Positions 26,101 to 41,306 of a stretch of DNA of 64,000 nt are shown one piece after another. Numbering within the stretch: position 1 is the stretch's first letter; each line of letters starts with the position of its first letter. The notes below the pieces were generated by a model, which saw only the letters and a list, made by a program, of their open reading frames with translations, made no database searches and was not told the DNA's origin. Position numbers and translations under genes: made by a program. Source of the DNA: Paraspadella gotoi (taxonomy: Eukaryota > Animalia > Chaetognatha); NCBI GenBank assembly GCA_051294375.1, contig CM119267.1:25121783-25185782 (forward strand), read 5' to 3'.

Positions 26101-29100
26101 GACAAGGCTTACCCTCACTGGCTCACTGTTTGCTTAGGTTTTCACTCCTTGACTTAAAATGGGAAGAAAGAAGACGGAAACAACATTTGTCCTCAGGGGA
26201 AAAATGAAAGGCATTGGAAAGCAACTGAGCGATTCACTCGTTTCCGAGAAGGCGTTTTGTGAAAAAACGGGGAAAACCAAGAAAAGGAGATAATAGTACA
26301 ACCTCAATATTAAAAAGTCCCTAACGAATTGTTCGAAAATAAACATTACTTTATGGAACGGAAAGCCTTTTTACATTGAAAAAAAAAAAGATTTTTTTCG
26401 TTAGTAAAATAAAAAAAAATAAATAAAATTGCTGGGTCGGCGAAAAGTTTTAACGGAAGAATATCCGAGGTAAGAGTTGAGGTTTTCCCTTTTCTCATCT
26501 CGATCCCAAATCGGATCGCATTGTTTATGAATACAATAAAATCCGGCATTTTATGAAGTTCCTTCCGTAAGTCGTAAACATTTATAAAAATATTGAAAGA
26601 TTCCCAACCCTTGGATCGTCGCCGCATTCTTTTAATTTCCTTTAATTTCTTCCCTCGGATCCCGGAAACTACGTCGCCATCATGAATAAAACATTGGGTC
26701 GGCCGCGACAACCGGCGTACGTGATCGGGGATTCGCTGGTGGGTTAGGGACTACCTAATAGGGAGGCTACCGAGGGGCGGGTCGGGGAACGGCGTCGAGT
26801 TGTCGGTCCGCCGACGGTCCCCCGCGACGCACCGAAGGATGGCGCGCGGGGCGGTCGGTCCTAAACCCCGGAATCAATCATTCCACGACGGATTTAGCGG
26901 GAAAAGGCGTGGGGGAATTGATGTGGGGGGAAGAGGGGGTTAAGGGTGAAATAATCGTGAGGGAGTGGAAATATGGGCGGGGGGAGTGGAAATGTGTGAA
27001 GGAAGAAGGAAAATGGGAACAGGTATCATCGATGAATTACTACAAGAGGAGAGAGTGAGGCCACAAAAAAGACGCCATCTCTCTCTTTCTGGGTGAAAAG
27101 TTTGGCGCAAAGGCTAAAATATATAGCCTATGTAAAAAAAAAAAAAAAACACACTTTTATTCTTCCACCAAAGATTCGCCTTAGAAAAAAAAAGAAAAGA
27201 TCGACTAAGCCGACAATGGCGGAGCTCCCAGGAGGCCCGGGGATTTGCTCCATCGGATTTGAGACCCGAGGTGAGATTGGGTTCCAACAATGGTCGACCC
27301 CTGGATTCGAGGGAGAAAAATATTTCTGATTCCGCGTTTCGAATCGGGACACGATTGAGCGGCAACAAATTGGCTGAGATGACTTTTCAAGTTGTGTCAG
27401 TTTTTGAGGAGGGAAGGAGCCGGACGTGACACTCGGAGAATATTTAACACCTGGGACGAAAAGAATTAGGACGTGACACTCGAGTTGTATATTGTATAAA
27501 CAAAATAGGTTGATTTGAAGGAAAAAAGGAGGAGAGTAAAGGAATCGAGCGCGAAAAACAGGCAACGCTTGAGGAAAAGAGAAAATAAATGTGGCGCGAG
27601 GCCATGTAAACAAATCTCCCATTTCAAGACGTAAACAAAAAAGAAATCACCTTGTAGAAATACCAGGAAAGGAGGAGGGGATCTAGTGGGAAAAGGAGAG
27701 CCAGATTCAGAGATAAGAGCAAAATACGAACACTACGCAATGTCTTCAGAAGCGCCATCAAAGAGAAAAGAATAGGCTTATTTAGGTTCGAAAAAATGTA
27801 CAATTTAAATTCAAAAACTAGAAGAAACATTAACAAACAAAACTCAGAGGGACAGAAAAAAAAAAGTATTTAAAGGTAAAAAGATTAAAGCGAAGGCGAC
27901 TACCGGAGAAAACAGAGGAAGGAGAAACAAGATGTCGGAAAATGAAATGGCGGGAAAGGGTAAATCGAATATACTTCAGCTTGAAAAACGCTAAATTAAT
28001 GGAAGTTGATTATTTCTTCACAAGCAAGCTTTATTAATTAAACATACGATAATCGTTGAGAGGCAAATAAACACCGAAACAAACTAAAAAAAAAAATCGC
28101 AAAAACAAAAAACCTTAACCCTATTCCATCAGGACGAGATATTTATAACGAAGGCAAAACGGCGAACATTCTCTCTCTAGCAATTGCTATTCATAAGTCG
28201 TTGCCTTTGTGTCGACGTTAATGGACTCCGTGTTTTGATCAAGGCCGACGACACGACGCGACGACGACGACGAATTCGTAATCTTGTGTCACGTGACGAG
28301 GGTCACTCGACTCTCGCTCTCGCGAACCACGTGATCATGCTTGACCTTGACCTAAATGAAAGTGCACGAGAGAGAGAGAGAACTAAAAGGAGATGCTATC
28401 AGTTTAAAGTGTGGCTAATTTTATAGGGGCTGTCTGCTCATAATTTTCACTTCGAGCAAAGTTAATGTCGTTCGTCAATTACATCCAAAGAAAATTTTTC
28501 GCTGTCGGTAAATATTGGACCCATTTTCTCTGAGGGCAAAGATACGATGTGGGCTGAAGGTTATTTCTACTGGCCAAATAATGGTATAGGTAAAGTGGCC
28601 GTATAACTTAGAACAAAATAAAATAAAGTATTTGTCATAATAAAAATATTGTTTTAAGCCCATATCCCGTTCTTATTGAATATTTAATGAGTAATATTTA
28701 GGTTACTTAATACTTATTAACCATACCATAAATATAACCCTTATCATATATTTCTTTATTTGTAAAATAAAAATTTTTAAGCCTATTACTTTAAAAAAAT
28801 TAATTTTTTTTATATAACCTTTAATATCTTTTTATCAGGTTGGATGAAAAATATTAAAACTATCTCAGCAGAATGAAAATTAAAGAATGGCCCAGCGAAA
28901 AAAATAAAAATTAGCCTGGGGAACTCCCAAGGTCTCCTTTATGGAAAATGAGTTTTTTCTGTTCCAAAAGTCGACTAAGGGTTTCGCCGTGAAGGATGTC
29001 GCCATTTTTAAATTCACCATCTCCAAAATTCAAGACTCAATTTGAAATTGAGTTTCCTTGGCTTTTCCTTTCGAAACATTCACTTTTGCCAGTCGCGAAC

Positions 29101-30289
29101 TGGTAAGGGTGATACACTTGAAAATTAAAAACAATCTGATGAAATAAGTTTAACTTAAATTGAGGTTAACCGAAAACCTTCATAGTACATTCCATCGTCT
29201 TTATAAGTAATTAAACGTTAAAAACTATGTTGATTGTGGAAAAACGAGCGCCGATACGCTGACGCGCGAGATAACGAGAAAAATAAAAGAGAATGAGAGA
29301 GAAAAAGAAAGAAGATATGAATGGAAATAGGAGGAGAATAAAAAGAAGAATAAAGAAAATAATGAGAAAAGACGAAATAAAGGAAGGCACAAAAAATTGT
29401 CATCGTTAAATTTTATTATTTCTTCGCAAGAGAACCATAGACGGAAAAGGTAAAAAAAAAAAAAAAAAAGAGAGAGAGAGAAAATCGACAGGCTAAAATG
29501 GAAGATGGAAAATATAAGTAAAAAGGGGAACACGGATAACGAAACAAAATGTAGAGAGGGAGAAATAAAGAAAAAGAAAAAGGAGGAGAATTTGGGAAGG
29601 AAATTGGTGAGGTTGGACAAATCTTGGGTCAAATCTTGGGTCAAACTAGTCATCAATCCGAAAAGAAGTGAGATGAAGAAGAGCCCAGGCTTCACGAGGC
29701 CAGAAAGACAAAGAAAAAAGACATAAAAAGATAGAATGATGAAATAAATATGAAAGGAATATAATAAGCCATAACTGGATGACAATATTACTTCTTAATT
29801 GAATGAATGGTTAATTTTTATATTTGTCTTATCAGTTTATTCGTGATTAAAACGTTGTTAAATGTAAGTGTATTATAGCAATAACAGCGAGAATAAAAAA
29901 AAGAGAGAGAGAGAGAGAAAGATAGAGAGAGAGCGATATGTCTCGCCGTTAAATTAACGTCTCGGCAGTTGTCTCGCCTTGACTCGCGTCAAGCGGTAAT
30001 GAGGCGTGCAGTCCAGTGTCTTTGATTGCGAAAAATTAGTCGAGGGAATCAGAAAACGATACAAGGTCGAAAAAACGAAACGGAGGGGCGCTGAAAAAAA
30101 ATTGAGCTTAAAAATGGCGGCAGCAGGAAACGTTAACGTTAACTATATTTTCTGTTTTTATTTTCTTTTTTGTGCGTTTGTTTTCATATTTATTGTTTAC
30201 ATTGTAACTTTCACTTACTGTGAGTTTTAATTTGTTTTTCTGAAAAAAAAAATCGATCTCCAAATAGAAAAAATTATCGTGGCAAGGTA

Positions 30290-30982
30290 CAGAAGGCTTC
30301 ATATTATAAAATGAGGTACCCTTTTTTGTGACCAGAACATGTTCCGTGAAAACTATAAAATAGATTTTAATGAAATTTGGTATGAACGATCCCTATGTGA
30401 ATCCCTATGCGAATTTCAATATTTGACCCCTGAGCCGAGATATGGGGCCCGGGAGGGGTCACCCATAGGCCCCCCATAGGGGTAAAAAGTGTTCAAATTT
30501 TTTAAAAATTTTTTAAATTTTTTTTGTTTTAAACAGTGGCCCAAATGTTTACTCTTTCACAAAAACGTATTTATTTACCTTAAGTTTCAGCTTCATGAAC
30601 ATCAGCGGTTCATGTCAGATTTGGAATAATTCGGGAAAATAGAGAGAAAAACGATGAACCATGCATCTTCAAACACTAATTAATAAGAAAAAAATTCATT
30701 AATTTTAGTTTTAAAAATTTTTTTTATATGTTTAAGACATCGATAAACCTGATTCTACAAAAAATAACAAAATTTAGCCTTTTTTGGCCCCTTAGGGGTC
30801 CACCCCCAGGGCCCTGTATCTCTTGTCAGGGGTTGAATATTACAACTTGCCTTGATAGTTCCATTTATATCGTCATTAGAACTCTAAATGTAAAATTTCA
30901 TGAAATTCGATCTGGTAGTTTGCGGGGAACAGTTTCTGGTCACAAAAAAGGGGTACCTCATTTTATAATATGAAGCCTTCTG
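30290..30982. mobile_element. MITE (~700 bp) with long TIRs and TA flanks (Tc1/mariner-type)
   Basis: TIR CAGAAGGCTTCATATTATAAAATG(A/T)GGTACCC... at both ends, TA on each side; same family at 40459, 49225 and 51978. Confidence 0.88.
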
Positions 30983-33899
30983 TAATGATTCTTAAAATGG
31001 TTTTAGGTTCAACAATGCAAATCATTTTCATTCCCTAATCTATATATAATTCCAGATAACTTATAAGGCAACTAGTTGGCATGAACAAGATTCAACTTAA
31101 ATATCTTAGTAATTGCGTGTCGGTAAATAGAATAACCGTATAACCGCATAAGAAAAAAAACCAAACAAGAGAAAATGAATCGTCAATGTTAAAGAGACTA
31201 CACTTTGAATCTAGATAATTTATTTTCTTTATATGTATACATTAAAGCGTAATAAAAATTTCAATTTTAATTAAAATTCTAAAAGTGAGGAATAAACAAC
31301 ATTGTACTAATGCACATTAATATATATCAATAATATATCAATAATATACAGGGTTCGAACTTAAAACTTAACCCCCATAGGAAAAATTACTAATCTCCTC
31401 GATAATTTGTACTTAATGATATATCTGAAAAATTTAGTTTTAACAATTATTTCATGGGTCATTTTACTTCATGTTTAGCTCAGGTCAGGTACTCATTTAT
31501 AAAGTATACCTTCCATAGGACCCTTCCAAAGATGAGTAGACATTCTTGGTACCACTGTGTATTCAATAATGGCCCGAGATTGATGTAATTCCGGTTACAA
31601 GTACTGTTGAGTGTTACATTTAATTCGGCCCATACTGCATCCAAATGAATTTAGATACTGTATTACATGGGGCATAATGCCCTGAGGCCAAAATTCGGAG
31701 AAATTATATTAAAGGAAATCTTACTTTATACTAGTAACATAATATATTATGCCGTATAAATTACATAGATCGATGGTTAATAAGTCAGGGACCTAATCCC
31801 GGTAATTGTACGGTATTCCAAGTTACCGCAGCATACTGCAGCTTTAATTTTTTTTTAAGATATAAAATTTTAAAGTACAAAACTGATTGATATTGCTTGT
31901 TATACAATTTTGGCTTATGCTAGAAATTATATATATATTTTTTTTGAGAAATCAATAAACAGTACTTCTCAATACCACCATAAAGAAATCCACTAGGTTG
32001 ATCATTGTAACTTTTGCAGGAGTGCAAATATTTATATTAGTTGATTTTTAACTATTTGGGCGTGGAGCAAACATGACTCATGGTTTTCGGTTGCTTCCCA
32101 TACTAATGTTTTTTGACATAGCAAAACTAATACAATCCAAAGATAGAAAAATCCTTAACGATTCTTCTGCTATAAAAAATAAAACAATTTTGTAAAACAA
32201 TCTTGCGTGGGGGAGGATAAATAAGGGGGTAAGATTCAAGTCCGAACTCTGTATATTGATGCTGGGCGGAGTACAATATAATAAAAACAATACAGTACAA
32301 TACAATATAATATTTTCCCCGATCTAATACTTAAGGGAGTGGTCTTTTTATACAATTGAAACATTCTTTGAAATATTATACCACTTCATTGATAAGGACG
32401 CCAGGAACTCTGGGAGAGAATAAACAAGACTGTGAGAGATTCTTGATCGAAAGCTTGCAGGGACCTGCTATGTCATTATCTTGTAAGAGTGATGGAGGCC
32501 TTAAACCACCAAAGCCTGTCCAAAGTCAGTGGCAAGATAGCTTATGAATGGATAATTTTTATATTGATTGTATCAATTTCATTAAAAAATTGTGTATTAT
32601 AAATTTGGCAATTTAAGTTGTAGGCTATATTTATACATGGTACTAATCATATAAATGTTAAAATTTCAAAATAGTTTTTGTAAGATTTTATTACAGATTT
32701 GGATTCGTTATGAAAAGTTGATAAAAAAATCTTAAAAGCTTAAGGCCAGGGATCACTCAATCTAATATTGTAGAAATCTTAATTTACTGTATCTTAATCA
32801 TTTTCTCACATCTTGTAAGAGGTTTTCTATTAAAAAATAATCGAAAACTTTTAAAAATCTACCTAAAATATTAATAAAAATTTAAAAAAAATTTTTTCTT
32901 CGGTAAAACTAGATTTTCAAAAGAAAATATAATTTTTTTTAAATGTAAGCTAAATTTCTACAACCAAATTTTTAACTTAAAACTGATTCTTTACAGTAAG
33001 CTTCAATTTCTAACTTCTTATATTTAATTCTTCCTTTGGTACAAGTCCATACTTGGAGTTGTATCACTAATAAGTCTAAAACAACCTACTCTACACATTT
33101 TTCATATGGGTTTTTATGCTTTTATGGGTTTTATGAGTTAAAAAACTTATCGAATTTATTTCAATTTGACTTTTTACTTTATATAAATGTTAATATCATA
33201 AAATAGTTGCCCTATTTTCTAAGAAATCTCTGAAAAAAAAAACCAAATATGAATTTAAAAAATTAAAAAAAGTAAGCCATTTTTTTAAGACATCGGCGTT
33301 GAACAAACTCCATCATCACATCCCGTGCTTGTGTATGTTGTGGTGAATCTTGCAAAAGTAATGAGTACAGAATTTAACTTTCTTGACGAAGTGAAGTTAA
33401 AAACGAAGAGTTGCAGCTCAAACCACAGGACTTTACTTGAAGAAAAAATATCTTGGGCAAGAAAGGAAAGATGGGGGAGATTCTATGAGGCGCGTTTTTG
33501 GAAAAATGTTTTTCGTTTCAAAGATATTAAGGAATATATCCCAAAAATTGACTAAAATAATCAAATTTTCTATGAAGGAAGGCAAATTTTGAAAGTATCT
33601 TTTTCATAGAATTGGGAGTTCGTGACCTAAAAGTAATCATGCCAAAATTTCATGAGAAACCGCCTTACCGTTTGGGCTGCAACTCTTCAAATAGTTTCTT
33701 TTATTTTATATAGTACCAAAATCGAAAAAGCAGATAACGCCTTTGAAAAAATAGTAAAGTGAATACATTTTCGGAATCGTCAGGAGCTCTCCTTTCGAAA
33801 TCCGAGCTCGGTTTTAGCTAATATATATTTGAATTGAGTGATTCCGGACCTTAAGGATCGTCGCAATCCCATAAGAAAAAATCTGGATTGATGACAATT

Positions 33900-34023
33900 T
33901 TGATACTAAAAAAAATAAAATTTGAAGAAAAGAAAATTAATTTATAAAACAGAAAGAAAAATTATATTTTTGCGATTGTCAATTAAAAAAAATAATAAAG
34001 TATTGAGGAAATTTAAAGTTTAC

Positions 34024-34059
<36 letters not shown>

Positions 34060-36150
34060 TTGTCAAAAATAAATTAATCAAAAAAAAAAAAAAAAAAACG
34101 AAAAATAAAAACCCGATGTGTCGAATGCGATGCTTAATTTTAGCGAAAGTTCAAATCCTAATTCAATTTTTTTTAAATAAAAACGCAGAGTGAGAGAGAG
34201 AAAAGGCAGAAGCAGCAGGAGAAAAGAGAGAAAAAGATATGATTCCCTATGAATCAGTGACTAGGGAAAAGAGAGAGGGAGAGAGACTTATAATTAAAAA
34301 AGAAAAGAGAGAGAGAAAGATACATAAAAATAAAAGAGAAAATTTGTGTTTTGATAAAACGTAAACAAAACATATTTAACAGAGGAGGATTTAGCCTGCC
34401 GTCCAATTCTCTTCCTCTTCTTCTTTTTTCCTCCTCCTCCTGCCCCTCAATATATTTTATCTAGTAATACATTCTCTCGTTTCTACTCTTCGTGAAATAT
34501 ACCATTATTTTCCTTCTATTTCTTCACGCCTTCAATACCCCTCAAGTGACGCCCTCTTCGCAGCTCGATACCCTACTCCCCGTGGATTAAGTTTCCCGTG
34601 CAAACCCTCAGCAAAAAAAACCGTGGAAATTATCAAAAGAAACTATTTCTGCACTAACAACCAAAAACAGAAACTCGGAAATCAATTAAATTGGACAAAT
34701 CTTCCTCCCCAAAAAGAAAGGATTTTATTTGACTAAACCATTACAAAGAAGCTGTATAATTTTAGAAACAAAACCCTACTTGATATTTATTAAAAGATAA
34801 TTTTCTCCTTTCTCTTCATTCTTCATCCACCAAAACTTGGAATTTTCAAAATCTAAACATCAAACTTTATAGAAACTTATAAAAACAAGATCGCTTCAAC
34901 TCTATTCTTTCTTCTATCTCTCTCTCCATCTTCTCTGCTCTCCTCCCCTCAGAGCGTCATTCATCTCTAATCTAAACCAAGACAAACTGCCGATGAGAAA
35001 GTATTTCTGCCGATGAGCTCAAGCATCGTACTGCGGCGACTGAAAAATGGGCGAAAGTTGAGATTGGGACTTTAACCTCTTAAAAAAACAAAATAAGAAG
35101 CGTGTGCATTCCTCTAATTGAAAAAAAAAATCCTAAAAGCAATAGGGATCGAGCCATGCTTTCTGATGATTAACCAAATATTGATGGCGAAATGATACAT
35201 CTATATGATTGTCTTCTATTATTAATTATTAGCTAGTTTCGCTGATGTATAGCCATACTTCGTATGATTTTTGATATTATTCAATTGTTATGCGATTGAT
35301 ATTTAAGGTTGATTCGATGTATAAAAATGATGTATCGATGTATATCATTCATTGATTCCGGATGATAATCATTCATTGATTAGCAATGATATCATTCATG
35401 TGATGTGCGATAATAGTCATTCATTGATGCGATATAGTCATTCATTGATGCGATGCTAGTCATTCATTGACGCGATGAGTTAATTAGAGAGAAGAGAGAG
35501 AGAGAGAGAGGAGAGCGACAGAGAGTTGAGAGAGAAATATAGGAGAGATAATAAAATAATAATAAAAGTTTAAAAAAAAAAAAAATAAATCCACCAGAAA
35601 ATCTCGGAAATAAATTTGGGATTTTGTATTAAGAAAAGTGGCGTGATAAAAATAAAATTGTTTTATTAGAGTGTGATTAAGCATCAATTAACTTTCTTTT
35701 TTTTTTTTCAAATTGAAATAAGACTGAAGTCTTTTGTTCATCTAGTTTAAATGAGGTTGAAACCTTATTTTTTTTGCATAATATTGAAAATGAATGAGAT
35801 TGAATATTGATTGTATGAAATGAAACTCGTTGCTATAAAGCTTGCATCTTTCAATTTTCCATTTTCAAACCACATAAACTAAAACTAATTTATTCCAATT
35901 GTATTGTTATCATTTAATTTCAATTTTTAATTCTGTTTACCTCTCTAACTTTTCAATTTAGTTTACAATGCTTTTTATTAATTGTACATTATTCATGTAA
36001 GAGCCTAATTTATTGCCTCTGTATTATCTCTCCCCTGATTTCATTTCTTTTTCCCCCTTCTTTATCCCTCAATCTGAAACTTCAGCTGTCCTCACCCTCT
36101 AATGTTGCCTTTCCCTCAATCCTTTGTTGGAAGCTTTATCCCTTTGTCTT

Positions 36151-36188
<38 letters not shown>

Positions 36189-38780
36189 TTCTCTTTTACC
36201 AAATTTGGTAATTCAGTCTCAGCACTGATGATGAACGAAATACACGTTCGAACTTACTGTGCGACATGCTCTAAACCATTTAAAATAAAAATTCGTTGTG
36301 AAAAACTAAAAATTGTTATTTCGTCCAATCATTCTACCAACGAAAAGAAAGATTTACAAACAATGCTATAAAGCTAAACTATTTTCAATAAGAACGGTCA
36401 AAAAATTATAATCTCTATTAACAAAATATATAGTTGACAATAATCAGTTAACGACTATGATATTTTTGACTTCCAAATATTTTTTTTACTTATTCAAATA
36501 AATTTTATTTCTTCATCTTAAAAAATTTTAATCTTGAATGAAATTTTAGATTGTTATATTTTTTATATTATATATTATTTATATTAATCTGCGCAATTGC
36601 CGGATATATAGCAGGTATCGCCTACCTGTCACACAAGTTGATGTACATGTGGCATTGCCTGCATCATAAGTTATTCTTCCCTTTTTCTAAAATGAATCCA
36701 CAAAAATCTCGGATGTAAATTTGGGATTTTGTATTGAGAAAAAAATAAATGGCAATAATAAAAGTTTTTAGAAAGAAAAAAATAATAATATTTTTCAAAA
36801 AACGAACGATCGTACAGAGAGAGAGAAAGAAAGAAAGAGAGAGAGAGAGACTGAAAGAGAAAAAGAGAGACAGAAAGAGACAGAAAGAGACAGAAAGAAA
36901 GATAAAGCTGGAAGGCAGCTGAACAGTCACTGCAGAACCTGAACTCGTTTTTTAAGGGTTCAAAAAAAGCAGCAACTGACAAAAATAGGAAAAAAATATA
37001 TATAATTTAAAGAAATAAAAGAAAGGCAAAAATACGTTACAATTGTTTACAATTGGAAATTTTTCCAATTTTTTCCAATCGCAGCTTGTAAAAGATTTTA
37101 TTTTTATTTGTATTAAAATTAAGATATAGCTTCTCATTAAAAAGTTATTTTGAGTTCCCATTTTTATTATAGATTTAAAAAAAATTTTTTGAATTTCATC
37201 TTCAATATTATATACTGCAATATGTAAATTAGATTAAAGCATTTCTATATACTAATTTGGATATATAATGAGTACTATAATCTCATTTGCATATTGCAGT
37301 AAATCATAATGAAGTGGAAATTCAAACAAAAAATACTTAAATCCAAATGTATATAGAAAATATCAAAGCTATTTCAGGATGAGAAGCCATATCTAAATTT
37401 TAACTTACTATAATGGCACACTTTTGTAAAACTTTATCATAATTCATAATAATTTTTATTTAAAAAAAAACGTAAGTCACAGCCAAACCTATAAAAGCGC
37501 AGTATTTTTATATAAAAACAGCGTGACGACGACGACGAACTACGTCACAAAGAAGCAATCCTAAATTATTATAGAGCCTGAACCGGCTTCGCCGGTCATG
37601 GCTCGATAAAAATTAAAATAACTGTTCAGAAAAACCGATACCTTTTTACCCTAAATCTTGAAAATAAATCCAAAAATGGCCGCAATAAACTTTAAAGATC
37701 AAATCAATTCTGATGACTTCAAAAGAGAATATATTGGCATCTTGGAAAAACTGATGAATTTTTCTAAAAGATTGCATACTAATAATGCAAACCCACAAAT
37801 TCTGGTACAGAATTCACACATGTCCCCTCTGCCTTTAAAAACCCAAACTGTCTCCACCTCAACTCAAACCTATTTCACCCAAGCCAATGCTTCAACCCAG
37901 ACTACAAAAACCAAGGCCAGTTGCAATCAATCAACTCAGACAAAATTTCCTCACTCAACCTCCTCTTCCCAAATTACCCAAACCGCCATCATTTCTGATT
38001 CAGTTTCAACTCAAACCAATGTTGCCAAGACTGATTCTCAAGTGCAGACCAACTTACCAAAGACAAAGCTAAAGATGTAAAAACTCAAGCAGGAGATACT
38101 TCAGCTGGAAAAATCCAAGATTCAACTTAAACAAGAATCATAGACGTGTTCTTCAAGACCAAAGAAGTCAACCAGCTTTTGGAAAATGCAAAAATACTGA
38201 TGGAAATAGACTTACGACCATGGTTGCGCCAGAAGATTGCTGCATTTTTGGCTCAGACTTTACAATTGCCCTTTTTTTAAGAATCAATATCAGTCATGGT
38301 GCAGTGGCATAACTTGTCAATGACTGTGACATAAATTAAAAATAAACTTTTAATCATTTAAATAGCTTTGATAGAAATCCAACAATTTTAGTTTGTGACT
38401 TCTCTCACTTTTTTAGTTCTGTATCTTTGTTTAATTTTTAGCAAGTGCTAAGTCTGGAGAGACATTATTGAAGGTACTTTTGTTTTACTTTTAGCCCGCA
38501 TAAGCGAGCAGTTTGATCGAATGCGAACTCTCTAAACACTGTCAACATTCCCAGACAAAAGACAAAGTGAAACTTGAATCATACTGACGAAGAAGAAAGA
38601 CTAAAGTGAAGACTAAAGTGAAGTAAAATGAAGTAAAGTAAAATAAAATAATAAAGTAAATATATATTAAAAAAAAAAAAATATTCTGATTGATATTTAG
38701 AAAAAAAAATCCACAAAAATCTCGGATGTAAATTTGGGAATAAATGGCGATAATAAGTTTTTAGAGGGAAAAAATTAATC

Positions 38781-38811
<31 letters not shown>

Positions 38812-39990
38812 TCGTTTTCAGACGAATCAGCAGCAGCAGAGGCACCCAGAAAAAAAGAAAGAAATCAAAAGGCAGCAGCAGAAGCAGCAGGAGAAAAGAG
38901 AGAAAAAGAAAGAGCCCCTGCAGAACCAGCTGCAGAGAAAGAAATCAAAAGGCAACATCAGAAGCAGCAAGAGAAAAGAGAGAAAAAGAATAAGCCCCTT
39001 CAGAGCCAGCTGCAGATTTTTTTTTCCCCTTTCTCTATGAATCAGTGACTAGGGAAAAGAGAAAGGGAAAGAGACATGTAATTAAAAGAAAAAAGAGAGA
39101 GAGAAAGAAATATAAAAATAAAAGAGAAAATTTGTTTGTTTTGATAAAACGTAAACAAAACATATTTAATAACTGTCCAAACTCAATTTTAAGCACATCG
39201 ATGATGAGAAGCTGTATATAAATTTTCTGCTTCATATACCCAAATTTAATCATAAAAAAGGCGATCTATAATTTGGAACGCCGCCAACAACGACGACGAC
39301 GCCACTTATGTGCAAAACCACAGCAATATCGTCGCAAACGCAAAGCGAATGCGACGATAAAAAATCAAATTTGAGAAAAGAAAAATAATTTATAAACAGA
39401 AAAAAAAAATTATTTTGCGATTGTCAATTAAAAAAAGTAATAAAGTACCGAGGAAAATTAAAGTTACAGTTTCTGAAAAAAAAAACAAAAACAAAAACAA
39501 AAACTTTTTCATTGTCAAATAAACTGATCAGCAGACGCAGCCCCTGAGAAAAGAAAAAAAAAGAGAGAAAGAAAGAGAGAGTGAGAGAGAGATAAATAAA
39601 TCGATTTCACCCTAGATGAAATTCATAAACAAATCTTTGAATGAGAAGCTATATCTTAATTTTAATACAAATAAAAATAAACTCTTTTACAAGCTATGAT
39701 TGAAAAAAATTGTAAAAATTTCTAATTGTAAGCAATTGTAATATTTTTTTTCCTTTCTTTTATTTCTTTAAATTATATATAGATTTTTTTCCCTATTTTT
39801 GTCAGTTGCTGCCTTTTCTGAACCCTTTTCTCTCTCTCTTTCTTTCTCTCTCTCTCTTTTTCTCTCTCTCTTTCACTCATACACGCATTAGTTTGTTTTA
39901 TTTATGATGATTCATGATTCATTGAGTCAATGAATGACTATAATCGAATCAATGAATGACTATCATCGTATCAATGAATGATTATCACTA
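33900..39990. repeat. Patchwork of AT-rich dispersed repeat fragments and short tandem repeats
   Basis: Recurrent blocks: GCAGAAGCAGCAGGAGAAAAGAGAG (~34205, 38875, 38960, 50290); ATCCACAAAAATCTCGGATGTAAATTTGGGA (~35590, 36695, 38710); TCATTCATTGA-based tandem units (35345-35475, 39920-39985). Confidence 0.65.
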
Positions 39991-40009
39991 TTTGTTGCGA
40001 AAAAAAATG

Positions 40010-40224
40010 TGTCTAGTCCAGAGCTTTGGATCTGGCAGCAGGCCTAAGCCTACAGGCGGGTTACTTTCTACATGACAACCTCAGGGCTCGAACAAGGGAC
40101 GCACATTGGGATGGTGCATTATTCCACTGAGCCGCTGCGATGGAAACAGCTTTAATCTATCTGTGATGTTTTAAACCAATTAATGAAAGAATTTTTTAAA
40201 AATGGTTTATATATTTCACCATCA
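40010..40224 (-). mobile_element. Degenerate element, family D (tRNA-like segment + partial twister)
   Basis: Minus strand: GGCTCAGTGG (A box), GTTCGAGCCC (B box), then TAA-CCC-GCC-P3-CCAGA-TCCAAAGC-TCTGG (40018-40063). The GA-TGG strand is missing and no TSD was found, so boundaries are uncertain. Confidence 0.6.
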
Positions 40225-40458
40225 ACTCTTGCCGAGGAATTCAATCTGCCATCAAAAATAATAAAAGCCTACTTTGAAATTTTACGATCATACAAAAATA
40301 TATAAAAATATAGCCTACTGCGAAAAGGACCAAAAATTACTATTTTTTCCAAAAAATATTTACTGATAGTACGTTGTTCATTATTGACTTTTAGAATTTA
40401 CATACGTAACTTTCACTACGCTCTAATATACACCCATAATCATAATAGTTTCTATATA

Positions 40459-41191
40459 CAGAAGGCTTCATATTATAAAATGTGGTACCCCTTTTTTATG
40501 ACCAAAATCTGTTCCTACCAAACTACCTGATCGAATTTCATGAAATTTTACATTTAGAGTCTTAATGACGATATAAATGGAACTATCGAGGCGAATTTTA
40601 ATATTCAACCCCTGACAAGAGATACAGGGCCCTGGGGGTGGACCACTGGGGGGCCAAAAAAACTTCAAAATTGTTTTTTCATTTTTTGAAATTTTTTAGT
40701 GGCATCAGTTGCATTGATGTTTTAAACATATAAAAAAAAACATTTTAGAACTAAAATTGAAAAATTTTTAATAATTAAGCATAGTTTGAAGATGCATGGT
40801 TCATCATTTTACTTCCAATTTTCCTAAATTATTCCAAAACTGACTTGAACTGCTGATGTTCATGAAGCTGAAAATTAAGGTAAACTAATATTTCTGTGGT
40901 AATTAATATGTTTTTGTGAAAAAGTAAATGTCTATGCAACTTTTCAAAACAAAAATAATAAAAAAATTTTAAAAAATTTTTTGACCATTTATTGCCCCTA
41001 AGGGTGACCCCTCCAGGGCCCCATATCTCGGCTCAGGGGTCAAATATATTGAAATTCGCCTCGATAGTTCTATTTATATTCACATAGGGATCGTTCATAC
41101 TAAATTTCAATAAATTTGGTCCAGTAGCTTTCTCGGAACGTGTTCTGGTCACAAAAAAGGGGTACCACATTTTATAATATGAAGCCTTCTG
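40459..41191. mobile_element. MITE, same family as 30290-30982 (opposite orientation)
   Basis: Same TIRs and TA flanks. Confidence 0.88.
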
Positions 41192-41306
41192 TAATTCCTT
41201 TCCTCAGCTTCAGCTTCCATAACTTTCTTATTCACTGGACCCATTTTCTTCTCTCCCTGCTTCCATAGTCTGAAGTCCAGACTCCGACCAACTCAATCGA
41301 CCATCA

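Noticed and set aside
31450-32300. Possible decayed CR1/L2 LINE 3' fragment (RYCITWG-like peptide)
   Set aside because: Only one short motif is visible; too weak to call without a search.
37658-38280. Thr/Gln-rich 140-aa ORF with STQT repeats
   Set aside because: No identifiable domain, frameshifted continuation, and embedded in repeats; cannot be supported as a gene.
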